A DNA stretch of 64,000 nucleotides from Hormiphora californensis (lineage: Eukaryota; Animalia; Ctenophora), in NCBI GenBank assembly GCA_020137815.1, contig CM035361.1, positions 5,084,001 through 5,148,000 on the forward strand, written 5' to 3'. The notes under the pieces are model-generated. The model ran no database searches. It saw only the letters and a list, made by a program, of their open reading frames with translations, and was not told the origin of the DNA. Shown in pieces: positions 13,150 to 47,849 of this stretch. Every line of letters begins with the position of its first letter. Position 1 is the stretch's first letter. A program made the position numbers and the translations under genes.

Positions 13150-13409
13150 TAAAGTCGGATTTTTTGAAACTATCACCCCCCTTTTCACGCGCGGCGTCGT
13201 ATTTGCGCGTGACAGCCCCCACTTGCTCTCACTTTTCGGCAAAAAGCCGCATATCACCGGAAAGAGCATAATTTTGTGAGTCCGTAAAACTTTTGTTTGA
13301 CGAAATTGGTCAAGAAACAAAGGCGTGAGAGCCTAAACAAGTTTCCGGCGCACAAATAAAAACTCGCGTGCCACCCAGGGGGGTGACAGTTTCAAAAAAT
13401 CCGACTTTA
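13150..13409. mobile_element. MITE with ~30-bp TIRs
   Basis: TAAAGTCGGATTTTTTGAAACTATCACCCCCC ... GGGGGGTGACAGTTTCAAAAAATCCGACTTTA. Confidence 0.65.
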
Positions 13410-15009
13410 CCCAAATTATTATTATTATTAAATCTGTTTATAATAATTTGACACTGTCAATATTTCCCTCCTATTTGCGAGGAAAATGGAACTCTCTAGG
13501 CCTCTTTCACACTCTCAGCTGACAGATCATACAAACAAAATATAAAATGTCGATTAAAATACTGATTAGATAATGATTGTGATTAAAATATATTGTAAAT
13601 TGATTAAATAAGTTAGTTAAAAATTCACTCCGTGGAGTGCGATTCGTACACAGTATGTACGTCTCGTGTTGGTCAGTTAGACATTTACAATTGATTATAA
13701 TTTAAACCCATTACACCGTGGTAAACCTCATGCGTATCTTAACATGCCTTTGGGCCTCCGCAATGTTATTAGCTTTTAAGCGAATAATAAAGAATTGTCA
13801 CACTGGCATATGGTTGTCCGCCTGCGTCCTGTGACCTGTCCAGGCCCAAGGGTCCAGTATTCACAAACTTGAAAAGTTCTTATGATTCGCTTTACAAAAA
13901 GTTTGTGGAGGGAAGAGGCGTTCTAGTGTGGTCTGTCTGCTGCAAAGTACTATTCAACCATCCTGAGTCCCTACCAAGGCGGCAAGCTCTGGGCTCTGTC
14001 CCAATTTTGGAGTAGGTTAGAAAATGTAACTAGAGTGTGGATCAAGATCTGAATCGAGATACTGAAACAGTGAAGTACTCTGACTCTCTGCAGTGACTAG
14101 ATGGCCTATGGGTGGTAAGCTGTGTTAACGTGCAAGATTTGTTCCGAATTTATTTTAAACATTTGTAAAAAATTTACGAGCACGAGCTCCCGAAAATCGA
14201 AATATTAAATCCAATTTCGCGCGCGCGCATCTTAAGACGCGCAAATACTTACCGCGCACTTACTTTCTCTGAATTCACTGTCATTGTGATAAATTCGACT
14301 TTCACAAAAATGACAAGCATTTTGCATAATTCACCACAAACTGTTAGTCGAATGAACAAAGTCAAACACGTTTATTTATCCTGTGTTTAGAAAATCAAAA
14401 AGTCATTAGAAATGAACATAATAATATCACATTACTTGTTGAGATATTCAACAACACATTACAATGTTATCATTCGTATAAGTATACATTACATGGACTT
14501 ATAGAAACTGTACTAGAAAGGGTCACATGTACGTTGCAGAACTGTATTGACATTGTACAACTGTACAATATGCAGTACAGTTTACCTTTACAGAACACTT
14601 TTTAATTTCTTTGCAGAAATATTGTTGTCCATCCGACACCGGAGAAAGGCCATGAATAGTATAAAAACTCGCAAAATAGTGTGTCCATATATTAATTAAA
14701 TAATTTAGTTATGTAGGACCAACACTATTACCATGGTAATATCTCACTTCACTAGAGGGTCACGACATGGGGTCACCTTGGTCTTGGTCGACCCTCTCAG
14801 TCTCAAAACAAGGCTAACCTCGCTCAAGGAGGTTTCACTGTATTTGACAAATCGCCAAAAAGAAGTCTTTTACAAAATATATTTCAGCCTTTCCTGTCCT
14901 GTCTGGCGCCGCGACCCATCTGAGCGCACTGTCAAATGGGGTATGGCGCCGCCATACAGTTCCTGTCTCTCTCTCTCTCTGAATCTGAATGTCTTTGAGA
15001 ATGTATGGG

Positions 15010-36968
<21,959 letters not shown>

Positions 36969-37036
36969 GGTTCATAACCAGTCTCTATAACGGGCATGCA
37001 TATTAGTTGGGACATAGAGAGGGAGGGAGAGAGAGA

Positions 37037-37098
<62 letters not shown>

Positions 37099-37140
37099 AA
37101 GAGAGAGATAGAGAGAGAGACAGCGAGAGAGAAAGACAGG

Positions 37141-37230
<90 letters not shown>

Positions 37231-37419
37231 AAGAGAGAGAAAGATAAAGAAAGTAAGCGAGAATGGCATTGGCAGCAGAATAAACTCAACCAACGGCAGC
37301 AGACAGCTTATTATAATATACACACACATATTGTGTAGTTTGTACACAGTCTCCCTTTTTTTCTACATTATCCTCTCTTTCTTCGTTTTTTTCTCTCTCT
37401 CTCTCTCTCTCTCTTTCTA

Positions 37420-37510
<91 letters not shown>

Positions 37511-37767
37511 ATGTTACGCAATAATAATACATCAACACAACTTCCAATCAAAATGTACACTAAACATGCAAGCAAACATAATGGGGGCATGAAGTTAGGA
37601 TCGTACACACTCGGAGTACTGCTAGGCAGGACACAGGGAACACACAGAGCGAACCGGGCAGAGAGAGAGAGAGAACATACACACACACATAGCAGCGAGA
37701 GAGAGAGAGAGAGAGAGAAAGAGAGCGAAAGATATTACTGTGGCAGCCAGTGAGTGAGCGCTCAATA

Positions 37768-37972
37768 GTCACGTGACCTAAGTGAGCCAATGAGAGGGGA
37801 AAGCGCGCACGTGACCTCTCAGCCAATGGTAGCGCTGTGTTACGTCACACGCATCACGCGCAAGGCCGACCAATGGGGAGGCTTTGAGCTACTGCAGCGC
37901 GACCAATTGAAGGCCGTTGCGGCTATTCTTCCAACCAATCAGGTGAAGCCGCTGCCTGGGCGGGAGACCAAT
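37768..37972 (-). promoter_or_regulatory. Probable promoter of the forkhead-BCOR gene: six CCAAT boxes, two CACGTG E-boxes, one GC box
   Basis: CCAAT at 37787, 37823, 37870, 37903, 37935, 37968; GTCACGTGAC at 37768; GGGCGGG at 37958; CpG-rich segment between (AG)n tracts. Confidence 0.65.
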
Positions 37973-37991
37973 GAGACTCAAGGAGAGATTC

Positions 37992-38054
<63 letters not shown>

Positions 38055-38876
38055 GAGAGTGAGAGACAGTAAGAATGAGAGGGAGAGAAAGAAACATTTA
38101 CTCTCCCTCATCTCGAATATCACTCTCTCTTCCTCTTTTGCTAAGTCCTCTCTCTCTATCTCCCTTCTCTATATCGCGCTCTCTCGTTCTCTCTCGTTCT
38201 CTCTCTCTCTCACCGTCCATAACCAACGATAGCTTCCCACCTCCAAATATGGAATAATGCGTGTTATCAAGAGCCATCCAATAGAGTGCCACAGGCTCAC
38301 CGACATACAACAACATCATGAGGGGATTTGCTGGGAAGGATAAATTGTAGCTTTCTATATCTACTTCTTCCGCATCTGAGAAACGTTGTGGGCAGAGAGT
38401 CAAATATTGAATATCATGGATCATGGTATTAGATAAAAAACTTTAGCTGCCTCTGGCAAACGCAGCAGAGTTGCCTACTCAATGTAATTTGTCTAGAAGT
38501 TTTAATACGGACGTTTTTGCTCGACTAAACATGTCCCAGTTTTAGGTGATTCGATCGAGTCAGGCTAATCACTACTATATGTAGGCACTAGAAATTCCAG
38601 CCGGCTGACACACGAGCACTCACACCAGTGTCGTCCAAATCGCAATGAGGAAAGTCGCGACAGTTCTCACACCCGACACTCGAAGAAGAAGAAGAATTGG
38701 CCGGCTGGTATAGCAATGTGAGAGGAATCGCTGCCACTGGCAGTGGCATTACCGTAATGGAATTACAGTAATAAGACGCAGACTTTGCATAACGCGCAGC
38801 AAAAGTGCAGGGAGTGTCCTGGATTAATTCCTACAAAGCTTTTTGTTTTGTTTTAAATCTAAATTTCAAAAGTTCA

Positions 38877-39527
38877 TTTTTTCCCTGCCCGGGTGATTGC
38901 CGAAGGCAATCACCCGGGATGATCTTTTTAGCACACACGTGCTAAAAAGATCATTCAGGGTTTAGAAATCAGCAGATTGTGTAGTTAACTAAAAGTGTCC
39001 GTCCGTCCGTCCGTCCGTCACGGACAACGCCTAACAACAAGTCTGCTCCTTCATAAAACTTTCATCTCACGCTTCGTTGATTCAACAAAGGAAATGATTA
39101 ACATACATTGTGACGCGCAATTACTCGCTGATAGCACTTCCCACTATCACCTAAAATCACTTTGGGCGCCCTACATCCATGCTATGAAGTGATAGAACGT
39201 CCTCCAAGCATGAAACTACTGTCACACTAGTGACTCGAGTTGAGATGCGGTTAAAGTTGAAGCACTTGGCATTTTGGTAACCAACTGGGGTCTCCTAAGC
39301 AACTGACTTGGTTGCGATAGCAACTGTCCTGGTTACCATAGCAACTGCCCTTGGTTACCATAGCAACTTACCTAGTTACCCCTAGTAACCAATATCGCAT
39401 CAGCCAAAAAAATGCTCTTTGAGCACAAAATTCATCAGGAAATCCAGTTTTGAAGCTTATTCATCAATTTTAAATCCATTTGGCAGGGAAACACCGCATT
39501 ATGAATACATAATGCAATAATTCTTGT
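38877..39527 (+). mobile_element. Helentron-associated non-autonomous element (HINE/DINE-1-like)
   Basis: subTIRs TTTCCCTGCC / GGCAGGGAAA, 5' hairpins, (GTCC)n microsatellite near 39000, 3' stem-loop GCATTATG-AATA-CATAATGC. Confidence 0.65.
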
Positions 39528-39596
39528 TCATTAGTGAACATTTCTGCCAATAAATAATGAATCCTGAAATATTGTTTATCTTGGGTAAGGGACAGT

Positions 39597-41023
39597 AATT
39601 TTAAACTTTTCAGCGGACATACCGCTGTTAAAAATATATTCTCTCTTATGCAGCGGATTACGGATACCCGATTTAACTCCCAGGAAAAAAGCCCAGGATT
39701 TTAGTCCTCGAAAGTAGCTTTGCACATTGCCAATTTGATGAGATTGTGCGCTTTCTTCACAAACGAGACATAACGCAAGACGTGATTAGTAAAATAAACC
39801 CCGTATTCTCTCAGAAATGCAAACATTCCATAATGCACAGTGCGAATTTCGAGAGGGAATAATCTGGGCTTCTTTTCTGAGAGTTCAATCCAAAATTCGC
39901 CGTGTTATTCTAACAGTGCCAATCATTTCGACGTGCACAGGAGGATTTAAACGGGCTTTGAAATTTTAAAACCCGTTAAAACCTCCTGTGCAAGTTAAAA
40001 TGATTGGCACTGTTAGAATTAGAGAGAACTAGTAAAACTGGGGCGATCGTACCGATCAAAAATCGAGGGATCTGTCTTGGTTAATGGTTACCATAGCAAC
40101 TGTCTTCGTTACCATAGCAACTGTCTTCGTTACCATAGCAACTGCGTTGGTTACCGTCATACTGTTACGATTACTGTCATAAACCTGTCAAAGGGGGAGG
40201 CAGTGAGGGACCCCAGTCGACACATTCATTCCGGGCAACTGGGTATACCCAGATCGAACGGTGGTCTCAGATTATCGAGATTGCCGGGGCGCCTGACTTA
40301 GTACCTTGTGTACCCGTACCGAATTAAAGGTTGACAAGATACCTAAAACTTTTCGTATATCGTCTTATTTCGATTTATCATTAATTTTAAGCATTTTTTT
40401 CAGAATTTTTTGTCGGCTAGAAAAAAATTCGAAATAGAGGGTCTACCGATATTGTCAGCACTGGGTTTACTGGGCACACTCACTGCGTCTCGCAAATCGA
40501 AATTCACGTTTCCAGTTCCTCAAAAGAGAACAACTTGATATTGGTTGCGTTGGATTGGTCTTAATAAGACCTTTCCAACGCTACCAAAACGGTTTCTGTA
40601 TCTCATCAGGAACCGGAGATATTATCAATTTTTAAATTGCACCTCTCATTTATCAGTAGACCCCCTATTTTGCAGATATTTCTAGACGATAGAAAAGGCC
40701 CCGAAACGGTGTCAGGTTTACGGCTGATGAGTTCGATCTGAGTCTCGGTTTCTGGCGAGTGTCCACGTTTACCATCTTAGTGGACGGAGGGTCTTGGTCT
40801 TTGATCTTTCCGCTGTTCCGGATCTCTTGGTGTTGGCGGTGTTAGGTGTGGTTGCGGTAGGTTTGGAGGTTTGGTGGGACGGAGGTTGGAGGTTGGTGTT
40901 GCGAGGTTTGTCTCGGTTTTTTGGGTTTGGTCTGGCAGCATGATTCATGTTCTCAACTTACTCACATTATACAGCTAGATATTTTTAACAGCGGTCGGTG
41001 TATCTGCTGAAAAGTTTAAAATT
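39597..41023. mobile_element. TIR-bounded region with nested smaller inverted repeats
   Basis: AATTTTAAACTTTTCAGCGGA..ACCGCTGTTAAAAATAT has an inverted copy at 40979-41023; inner inverted repeats at 39908-40018 and 40432-40670. Confidence 0.5.
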
Positions 41024-42031
41024 TTATTTTTAAATTTTCATTGTGTTTTGTTCTAACCCTCCTTTACATTTGTACATTCTCGGGCAGGGCGCACGAAACC
41101 GAGTCATATAACGCGACGTCATAACGTCAAAGTTATGTCGTTATACAATTAGGCTTACATCTAGATGAAGATTGTGGTCAAGTTTGAGATTGATTAGATC
41201 ATAGATAATATGGCATTATGGCCAGAAAACCATATCGTTATACCAGTGCCGATTGTAGCGGAGATTTGAAAAACGGTACGCAGACGCACCGTTTGTGTAA
41301 CACGCGGGTCCTGAACAGCACAATCTAGTGCCGTGATTTGTCAATACTGTTGCCTAGCTTCACTGTCTTGCAAAACGACAATCCTGCATGTCTTCTTGCG
41401 GTATTTCATAGAATCGCGTATCCACAATTGAGAAAATCAATTGCAGGTGAGCGAATACCAGTCATATTATGATTCTACTCGAATCAACAACCGTGGATAC
41501 GCGGATTCGAGAATTTATCGTGATTCGTGAATCCGTTTTTATTTATGCTATCCTAATTTTGCCATCATTTTTTTGCTCTCTGATCTCTATCTTCATCCAT
41601 GTGTTGCATACATTTTTGAAAAAAATCCACATCTCTATCTCTTTCTATCTCTCTCACTCTCGTGCGCTCTCTTATTCTCTTTGCATCTATCTCTCTCACT
41701 TGTTCCCCCTTACTCAACAATCTCTCACTGCATATCTCTCTTTCTCGGTGTGTGTCTCCCTGAACTCCCTCTCTGTCTTATCTTTATGCAGAAACAAACA
41801 TCAATTAGTCAGTAAAAATGTTTGCACACTATCCAGCAACGTCGGCGCAACGTCATGGTTTTACTATCAGAGCTAATTGGTATTATGATTGGTATTATGA
41901 TTGGTATTATGTTACTCCCACGTCATGGTTTCACTATCTAACAAACCAGTGATCAAAGCTGATTATGTTACCCCCATGATACACATGTCATACATACATA
42001 CATGTCATTAGGGTGACAACTGTGTAGTGAT

Positions 42032-42139
42032 CAGGAACCGACCGACCAAGTAAACAACCAATCAGAACTCGTTATTTAAGTCACGTGACTGGTTATCAGC
42101 CAATCAGGGACCAGTATTTCCTGATTCGGTCGGTTCCTG
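42032..42139. mobile_element. 108-bp hAT MITE (8-bp TSD GTAGTGAT); other copies at 1-48, 21695-21797, 31255-31358, 35881-35934
   Basis: TIR CAGGAACCGACCGA, exact 8-bp TSD, five copies in the window. Confidence 0.88.
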
Positions 42140-42567
42140 GTAGTGATGGTTAACCGTAAAATCCATCTCTGATGATATGATGACGTTACAAAGATTATAG
42201 CTTTTCAAAGATAAGATTTTCAATGTATCGCATTGGTCGACAACCAATTTTCGTTTCACAAACCTAGCCTTCAGAACATCTAGCCCGGCTACTATAACTA
42301 TCATTGCCAGTACGACCCTCCTTTTCAACAATATGTAATTTACTGCGATTGTGGACAATTATTTCCTATCAGATAAACTTTGTATTAGCCAAAACGGTTA
42401 CGTGGTTTGGTGGTTAGAGCCATTTTAGTGAATCAACTTTTTTGGAATCGTGCACCTGTATAGTCAGGACCACTATTGGTGCGCGGTCGTGCCCACGGAA
42501 GGAGTGCTTGGATCATCTTGAAACCGGTTTTAAGTTAACTAATGCATATCCAAAAGTGTCTGTAGCT

Positions 42568-43372
42568 TGTTGTAGTGTGGTTTATACAGTGTGAGAGTGA
42601 AGCGATATTTGGCAGTATACAGAGAAAGGGTTATATTGAGTGTGAAGATATTTGGCAGTATATGAGAGAGTGTTGCATGTATGTGTGGCATGTGCATGTT
42701 GTTAAGGGTGCAAAGCACTCTCCTAGAGGATCAAGACAGAGGATCATGTTACCCTATGAAGAGGATCTCAACAGAGGATCACAACCCAGTAGTAGTAGTA
42801 ATGAATATAGAAGCAACTCAATCCCCACGTCAAGAAGACGCATGCTCGCAGCAGGAGTCTTGTCACCTCGAAGTCAGATCTACAATCTAAGATGCAGCGC
42901 TGGAGCAGTCACGTCATCATCAGTCTCCACGTCAAGATATAATTGTTTACAAGACGCGCTAGTTGCAGACACAACACCGAGGACTTGTTTGGACATCAAA
43001 GAAGATGTTATGACTGCAGACCAAGCTACGAGGAGGTATAAAGGAGGAAGAGGAAGGATTGAGGGGGAGCTAAAAACCAGCGCACTATCAAGAGACTACT
43101 ACCTACGACCGATTGTAGTTTATCTATTTACAGTTTTTATTTCTTGTGTTTCTCCAGTCTTCATTCAGTCCAGATCCTTGCCCAACAAGGATCGAGATAC
43201 AGTTCTGCTATTAGCGAGAGTTCCTGATATTACGGACGGTTACAGTACGGTTACAGTACGGTTCGGTTACACAGTAGGTTACACGGTACGGTTACACGGT
43301 ACGGTCACACGGTACGGTTGCACGTGTGTCTTGCAGGGTCATTCATTCAGACACGATATATTCACTTTAACA
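42568..43372 (+). mobile_element. Solo LTR (Gypsy-type 4-bp TSD)
   Basis: TGTTGTAGTG...CACTTTAACA ends, AGCT duplicated on both sides (single AGCT in the uninterrupted arm), TATAAA near 43037. Confidence 0.8.
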
Positions 43373-43444
43373 AGCTATTTGGGTGATGTTCTGACAATCC
43401 AATCACGAGTTATGACGAAAAAACAGTCAAAAAAGACGTTTTAA

Positions 43445-44418
43445 GGCCAGAGGGGGGGGGGGTCCGAGGGTTTAAAAAGTCACTTTCGGCCTCTGGTCCG
43501 GCTCGAAGAGCCGGACCAGATGGTATGCTCAGAATGGATTTTGCGCACACTATTTTGGAGAAAATTGAGGTTAACTTTTGTCCAAAATCTAATGTTAACC
43601 TCATTTATCCATGAACCACAATAGCTACAAAGCTAAATTTAGTACTGAATGAAAGATCTAGTTACAAGGTCAGCTCAAACGAAGTTTCAGACCTCTACAC
43701 CTAATGGTTGGAAAGAAATCTGAGGTTAACTTGATCCTCAAAAACTATGTTTTTCTTGAATATCTCGGATGAAATTTGGGCCAGTCTATGTCGTTTCATT
43801 TGACAACCACTCATCCGTTAACCTCAGAACTTGGCAGGGATGTTCCTCGGATGGTCCTCTACAAAAGTGATGTAGCGATTTTTGATATCTGCCCCCGTTC
43901 AAAAATTATGAGGTTAACAGTGCATTTTTAGCCGACCGGGCTCTATTGTTAACCTCATAATTTTTGAACGGGGGCAGATATCAAAAATCGCTACATCACT
44001 TTTGTAGAGGACCATCCGAGGAACATCCCTGCCAAGTTCTGAGGTTAACGGATGAGTGGTTGTCAAATGAAACGACATAGACTGGCCCAAATTTCATCCG
44101 AGATATTCAAGAAAAACATAGTTTTTGAGGATCAAGTTAACCTCAGATTTCTTTCCAACCATTAGGTGTAGAGGTCTGAAACTTCGTTTGAGCTGACCTT
44201 GTAACTAGATCTTTCATTCAGTACTAAATTTAGCTTTGTAGCTATTGTGGTTCATGGATAAATGAGGTTAACATTAGATTTTGGACAAAAGTTAACCTCA
44301 ATTTTCTCCAAAATAGTGTGCGCAAAATCCATTCTGAGCATACCATCTGGTCCGGCTCTTCGAGCCGGACCAGAGGCCGAAAGTGACTTTTTAAACCCTC
44401 GGACCCCCCCCTCTGGCC
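43445..44418. mobile_element. Near-perfect palindromic Kolobok-like element (TTAA TSD)
   Basis: TTAA-GGCCAGAGGGG...CCCCTCTGGCC-TTAA; ~475-bp arms; the empty site in the host right arm has a single TTAA. Confidence 0.9.
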
Positions 44419-45097
44419 TTAAAGTGACAAAAAGGAGGACCTGAACACAGCCCTTATATGAAGGGTTGGGGCTATGAAACTTCTTGAGTGGACAGAGAAT
44501 CGTCCAAATTTGCAGTGTCAACTTTGGAATAGTTTCTATCTTTTGTAGTTATCTAATTACAGCTGTTTAAACATGTGAGAAGATGCTGCAGGGGCCTCTA
44601 ATACTGTGTATTTTTGCTTGTGAAGTGATCACTTGACGAGATTTACCCAATTATAGAGCAGATTAAAGCATACAAGCGGTGAGAGCAAGCAATATGGGAC
44701 GGAAACAGTACTAAATTACCCTGTTTTGCAGATGATCTCACATGTTTGAACGGCTCTAATTAGATAACTACAAAAGATAGAAACTATTCCAAAGTTGACA
44801 CTGCAAATTTGGACGATTCTCTGTCCACTCAAGAAGTTTCATAGCCCTAACCCTTCATATAAGGGCTGTGTTCAGGTCCTCCTTTTTGTCACTTTAAAAC
44901 GTCTTTTTTGACTGTTTTTTCGTCATAACTCGTGATTGGATTGTCAGAACATCACCCAAATAGCTACAGACACTTTTGGATATGCATTAGTTAACTTAAA
45001 ACCGGTTTCAAGATGATCCAAGCACTCCTTCCGTGGGCACGACCGCGCACCAATAGTGTTCCTAACTAGTAAACAGGCCACCAAACACCCAGATTGT

Positions 45098-45454
45098 AAC
45101 GGCGCCCCCCCCCCCCCATAAAAAAGTCGCTTGGCAAATTCCCTCGTCGCTCGGCAATTGGTTCGGCAACAACAGGTGGTTTGCCGAGCCAGTCGCTCGG
45201 CTAATCAAGGAAGTCGCCGTGTTTTCACCGCGTTCTTACAGAAAAAGTACATTTTTTCAGCACTTTTTTTCAAAATCTCCTGCTGAAAAATACAAAGTGC
45301 TGAAAAAATGTGCTTTTTCTGTAAGAACGCGGTGAAATCACGGAGACTTCCTTGATTAGCCGAGCGACTGGCTCGGCAAACCACCTGTTGTTGCCGAACC
45401 AATTGCCGAGCGACGAGGGAATTTGCCAAGCGACTTTTTTATGGGGGCCGATTA
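45098..45454. mobile_element. ~350-bp palindromic MITE
   Basis: CCCCCATAAAAAAGTCGCTTGGCAAATTCC... mirrored around ~45280. Confidence 0.75.
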
Positions 45455-46125
45455 TACCCACCTCTGCTTCCCCTGATGTGCTCTCCGTTTACTGCCACAT
45501 GTTTAGTTTGTAATGTAGTCTTATGAACCTTAAATTGCAATCAGTGTCTGGATAGTCGTTGTATTGTGCATACTATTATTTTTTTTTATGCAACAGCACA
45601 AGATAGTCGGTGTCTACAAAGTCTACTTACAGGTCTATTAAAAAGGCTGGAAGTTTAAAAGTCTGCTTGGCGTTAAGACCGCCAGCAAACCCCTAAAGAG
45701 TAACGTAAAACCAAAACTAAAACGGCTCCGACTTGGGTTATGTGAAATTTCCCACGGTCATAGGGACACCGGAAATAGCTCCACCCCTGATATGATAGAG
45801 ACTTCCAACTTGGAAATTGGGAAGAACTCGACGTGATCTTCCTAACTTCCAATAGCTACACATTTGAAGTCTCTATCTCATCAGGGGAATAGGGGATGGA
45901 GCTGTGCTCACCAATGGGATTTCACAAAACCCAAGTGAGGGCTTTAATTCTAAGTCTAGGTTAGCTTTCATTTGGAAGGGATTCCTGGCAAATTGCTTGA
46001 CAGGATCAGGGAGCTGGATTGTTCTGAAGATTGTCCCTGTAAGTGACTTACACTGTAACAACACATGAAACTTTGAGTAAACAATATTATCGTGTATTAC
46101 TTTGTAGCCCCTGTTTTTCGTAGCC

Positions 46126-47849
46126 CAGGCATGTAGGGAAGATTTTACTTATGGGGGCGAAATTTTGACATATGTGTAATGTCACGTGACCGATCACGTG
46201 TAGTGACAAATGAATGGATTCCGTGGTTACACTCCCATATCCGGTTGTTTGTATCTACCTGTGTCACCCAACGCCGCTGGAGGCCCCGGAGCTCGCCACG
46301 GAACCTACCGTGTGCGGCAAAAAAAATCCCCCCCCTAGACCACCATAGTTGCCGATGTGGTGGAGAGCTGTAACTTGGCAGGGTTGCTCCACTATGTCTA
46401 TCTTGATCCTGACAGAAAAATCAGAGCTCTAGCTCAAAATTCATTTTTTTGATAGGAATGAACATTGTCATTCATTCCAAGAAAAAAATATTTTCGGTCC
46501 AGAATTCAAGCAATTATCTTTGGCCATCGATTAGCTTTCCAATGTGACCAAGATCATCTAAATTGGGCAACCACAAGAGACACAGTGTCATGTTTCTTAA
46601 AGTTAGTCAGGTCATGTGATCTTCACCGAATCGTTGATTATCCGGGATTGCTAATCGAGCCAATGGGCAGAGGAATCTCGTATCACGGCCGCTAATGAGG
46701 TATGTGTACCAATACAGGGTAATGTGATTCGAGGAAAGAGGACATTTATCAAAGAGCTACAGATCTCATGACCAATCAGCATCGTCATCCCTCATTAGTA
46801 GCCGTGCTACGTGATTCTCTACCACTTAGACCGATTCGTAATACTGAACACTCAACGATTCGGTGAAGATCACATGACCTGATTAAATTTAAGAAAGATG
46901 ACACTGTGTCTCTTGTGGTTGCCCAATTTAGATGATCTTGGTCACATTGGAAAGCTAATCGATGGCCAAAGATAATTGCTTGAATTCTGGACCGAAAATA
47001 TTTTTTTCTTGGAATGAATGACAATGTTCATTCCTATCAAAAAAATGAATTTTGAGCTAGAGCTCTGATTTTTCTGTCAGGATCAAGATAGACATAGTGG
47101 AGCAACCCTGTCAAGTTACAGCTCTCCACCACATCGGCAACTATGGTGGTCTAGGGGGGGGGATTTTTTTTGCCGCACACGGTAGTTACCCGGTGAGTCA
47201 CCCCCCTTCACGTGTGCCCCGGTCACCCATTACCCCCCTACTAGATCCCTAGTTTACACCAGTTAATCATTCGGGAGGAGCGCTAGCGGAGCCCGGAAAA
47301 TTTTCGAGATTTTCGAGGTAAAAGTCGCAAATTTTCACTATTTTGGGAACCAAATTTAGCTGCTCCAGGCAAACCATGATGAAACCATCTCGGATAAAAA
47401 GAGTCTCTAATCTTCGTTCATGACTTACAACCGACCTGAGCTGGAGCTGGTTCTAGTGTTGGGTAACCGAATTCCGAAATCAAAAGTGAACGATTTGCAT
47501 CAGACTACATAGCAGACTTTGTACAATGCACACTGCACAGTGATAAACTAGGCGGAGGCCTTGATCTTGATTGGATTTCGAAAGTTGTACATTGAGACGA
47601 CAGATATGAGATAACCCGTTTCAGTGAGAGAAATACCGAAACTGTACAAGTGGAACGATGGGCTGGTCAATCAATCGCTCTCAATCTCTATGTACCTCGA
47701 TAGAGATAAGAATAGGCGGCAAAATTTTATAGCTTCCACCCTGAAAAATTTAAAGTGGGGGCATGGCCTACAGCTGCACTCCCCATCTCCCGAAAAGTAA
47801 GGGGCGCCATGGCGCCCCTGCCCCCCCCCCCCCTTCCCCTACATGCGTG
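46126..47849. mobile_element. hAT-type non-autonomous element (8-bp TSD TCGTAGCC) hosting a nested palindrome; miniature relative at ~48168-48227
   Basis: TIR CAGGCATGTAGGG / CCCTACATGCGTG and exact TSD. Confidence 0.7.
46308..47182. mobile_element. TA-flanked palindromic element
   Basis: TA-CCGTGTGCGGCAAAA...TTTTGCCGCACACGG-TA; ~330-bp near-identical arms. Confidence 0.85.

Larger units (their letters stand above)
42471..45058. mobile_element. ~0.8 kb palindromic element (CACTA...TAGTG ends) carrying two nested insertions
   Basis: Right arm 44727-45058 is the reverse complement of 42471-42567 + 43377-43444 + 44423-44590. Confidence 0.8.

Noticed and set aside
40580-40735. Two further CTGATGA/GAAAC hammerhead-like cores
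   Set aside because: Stems I and II do not pair.
42575-43444. 289-aa ORF
   Set aside because: Lies within the solo LTR and has no recognisable domain; treated as chance.
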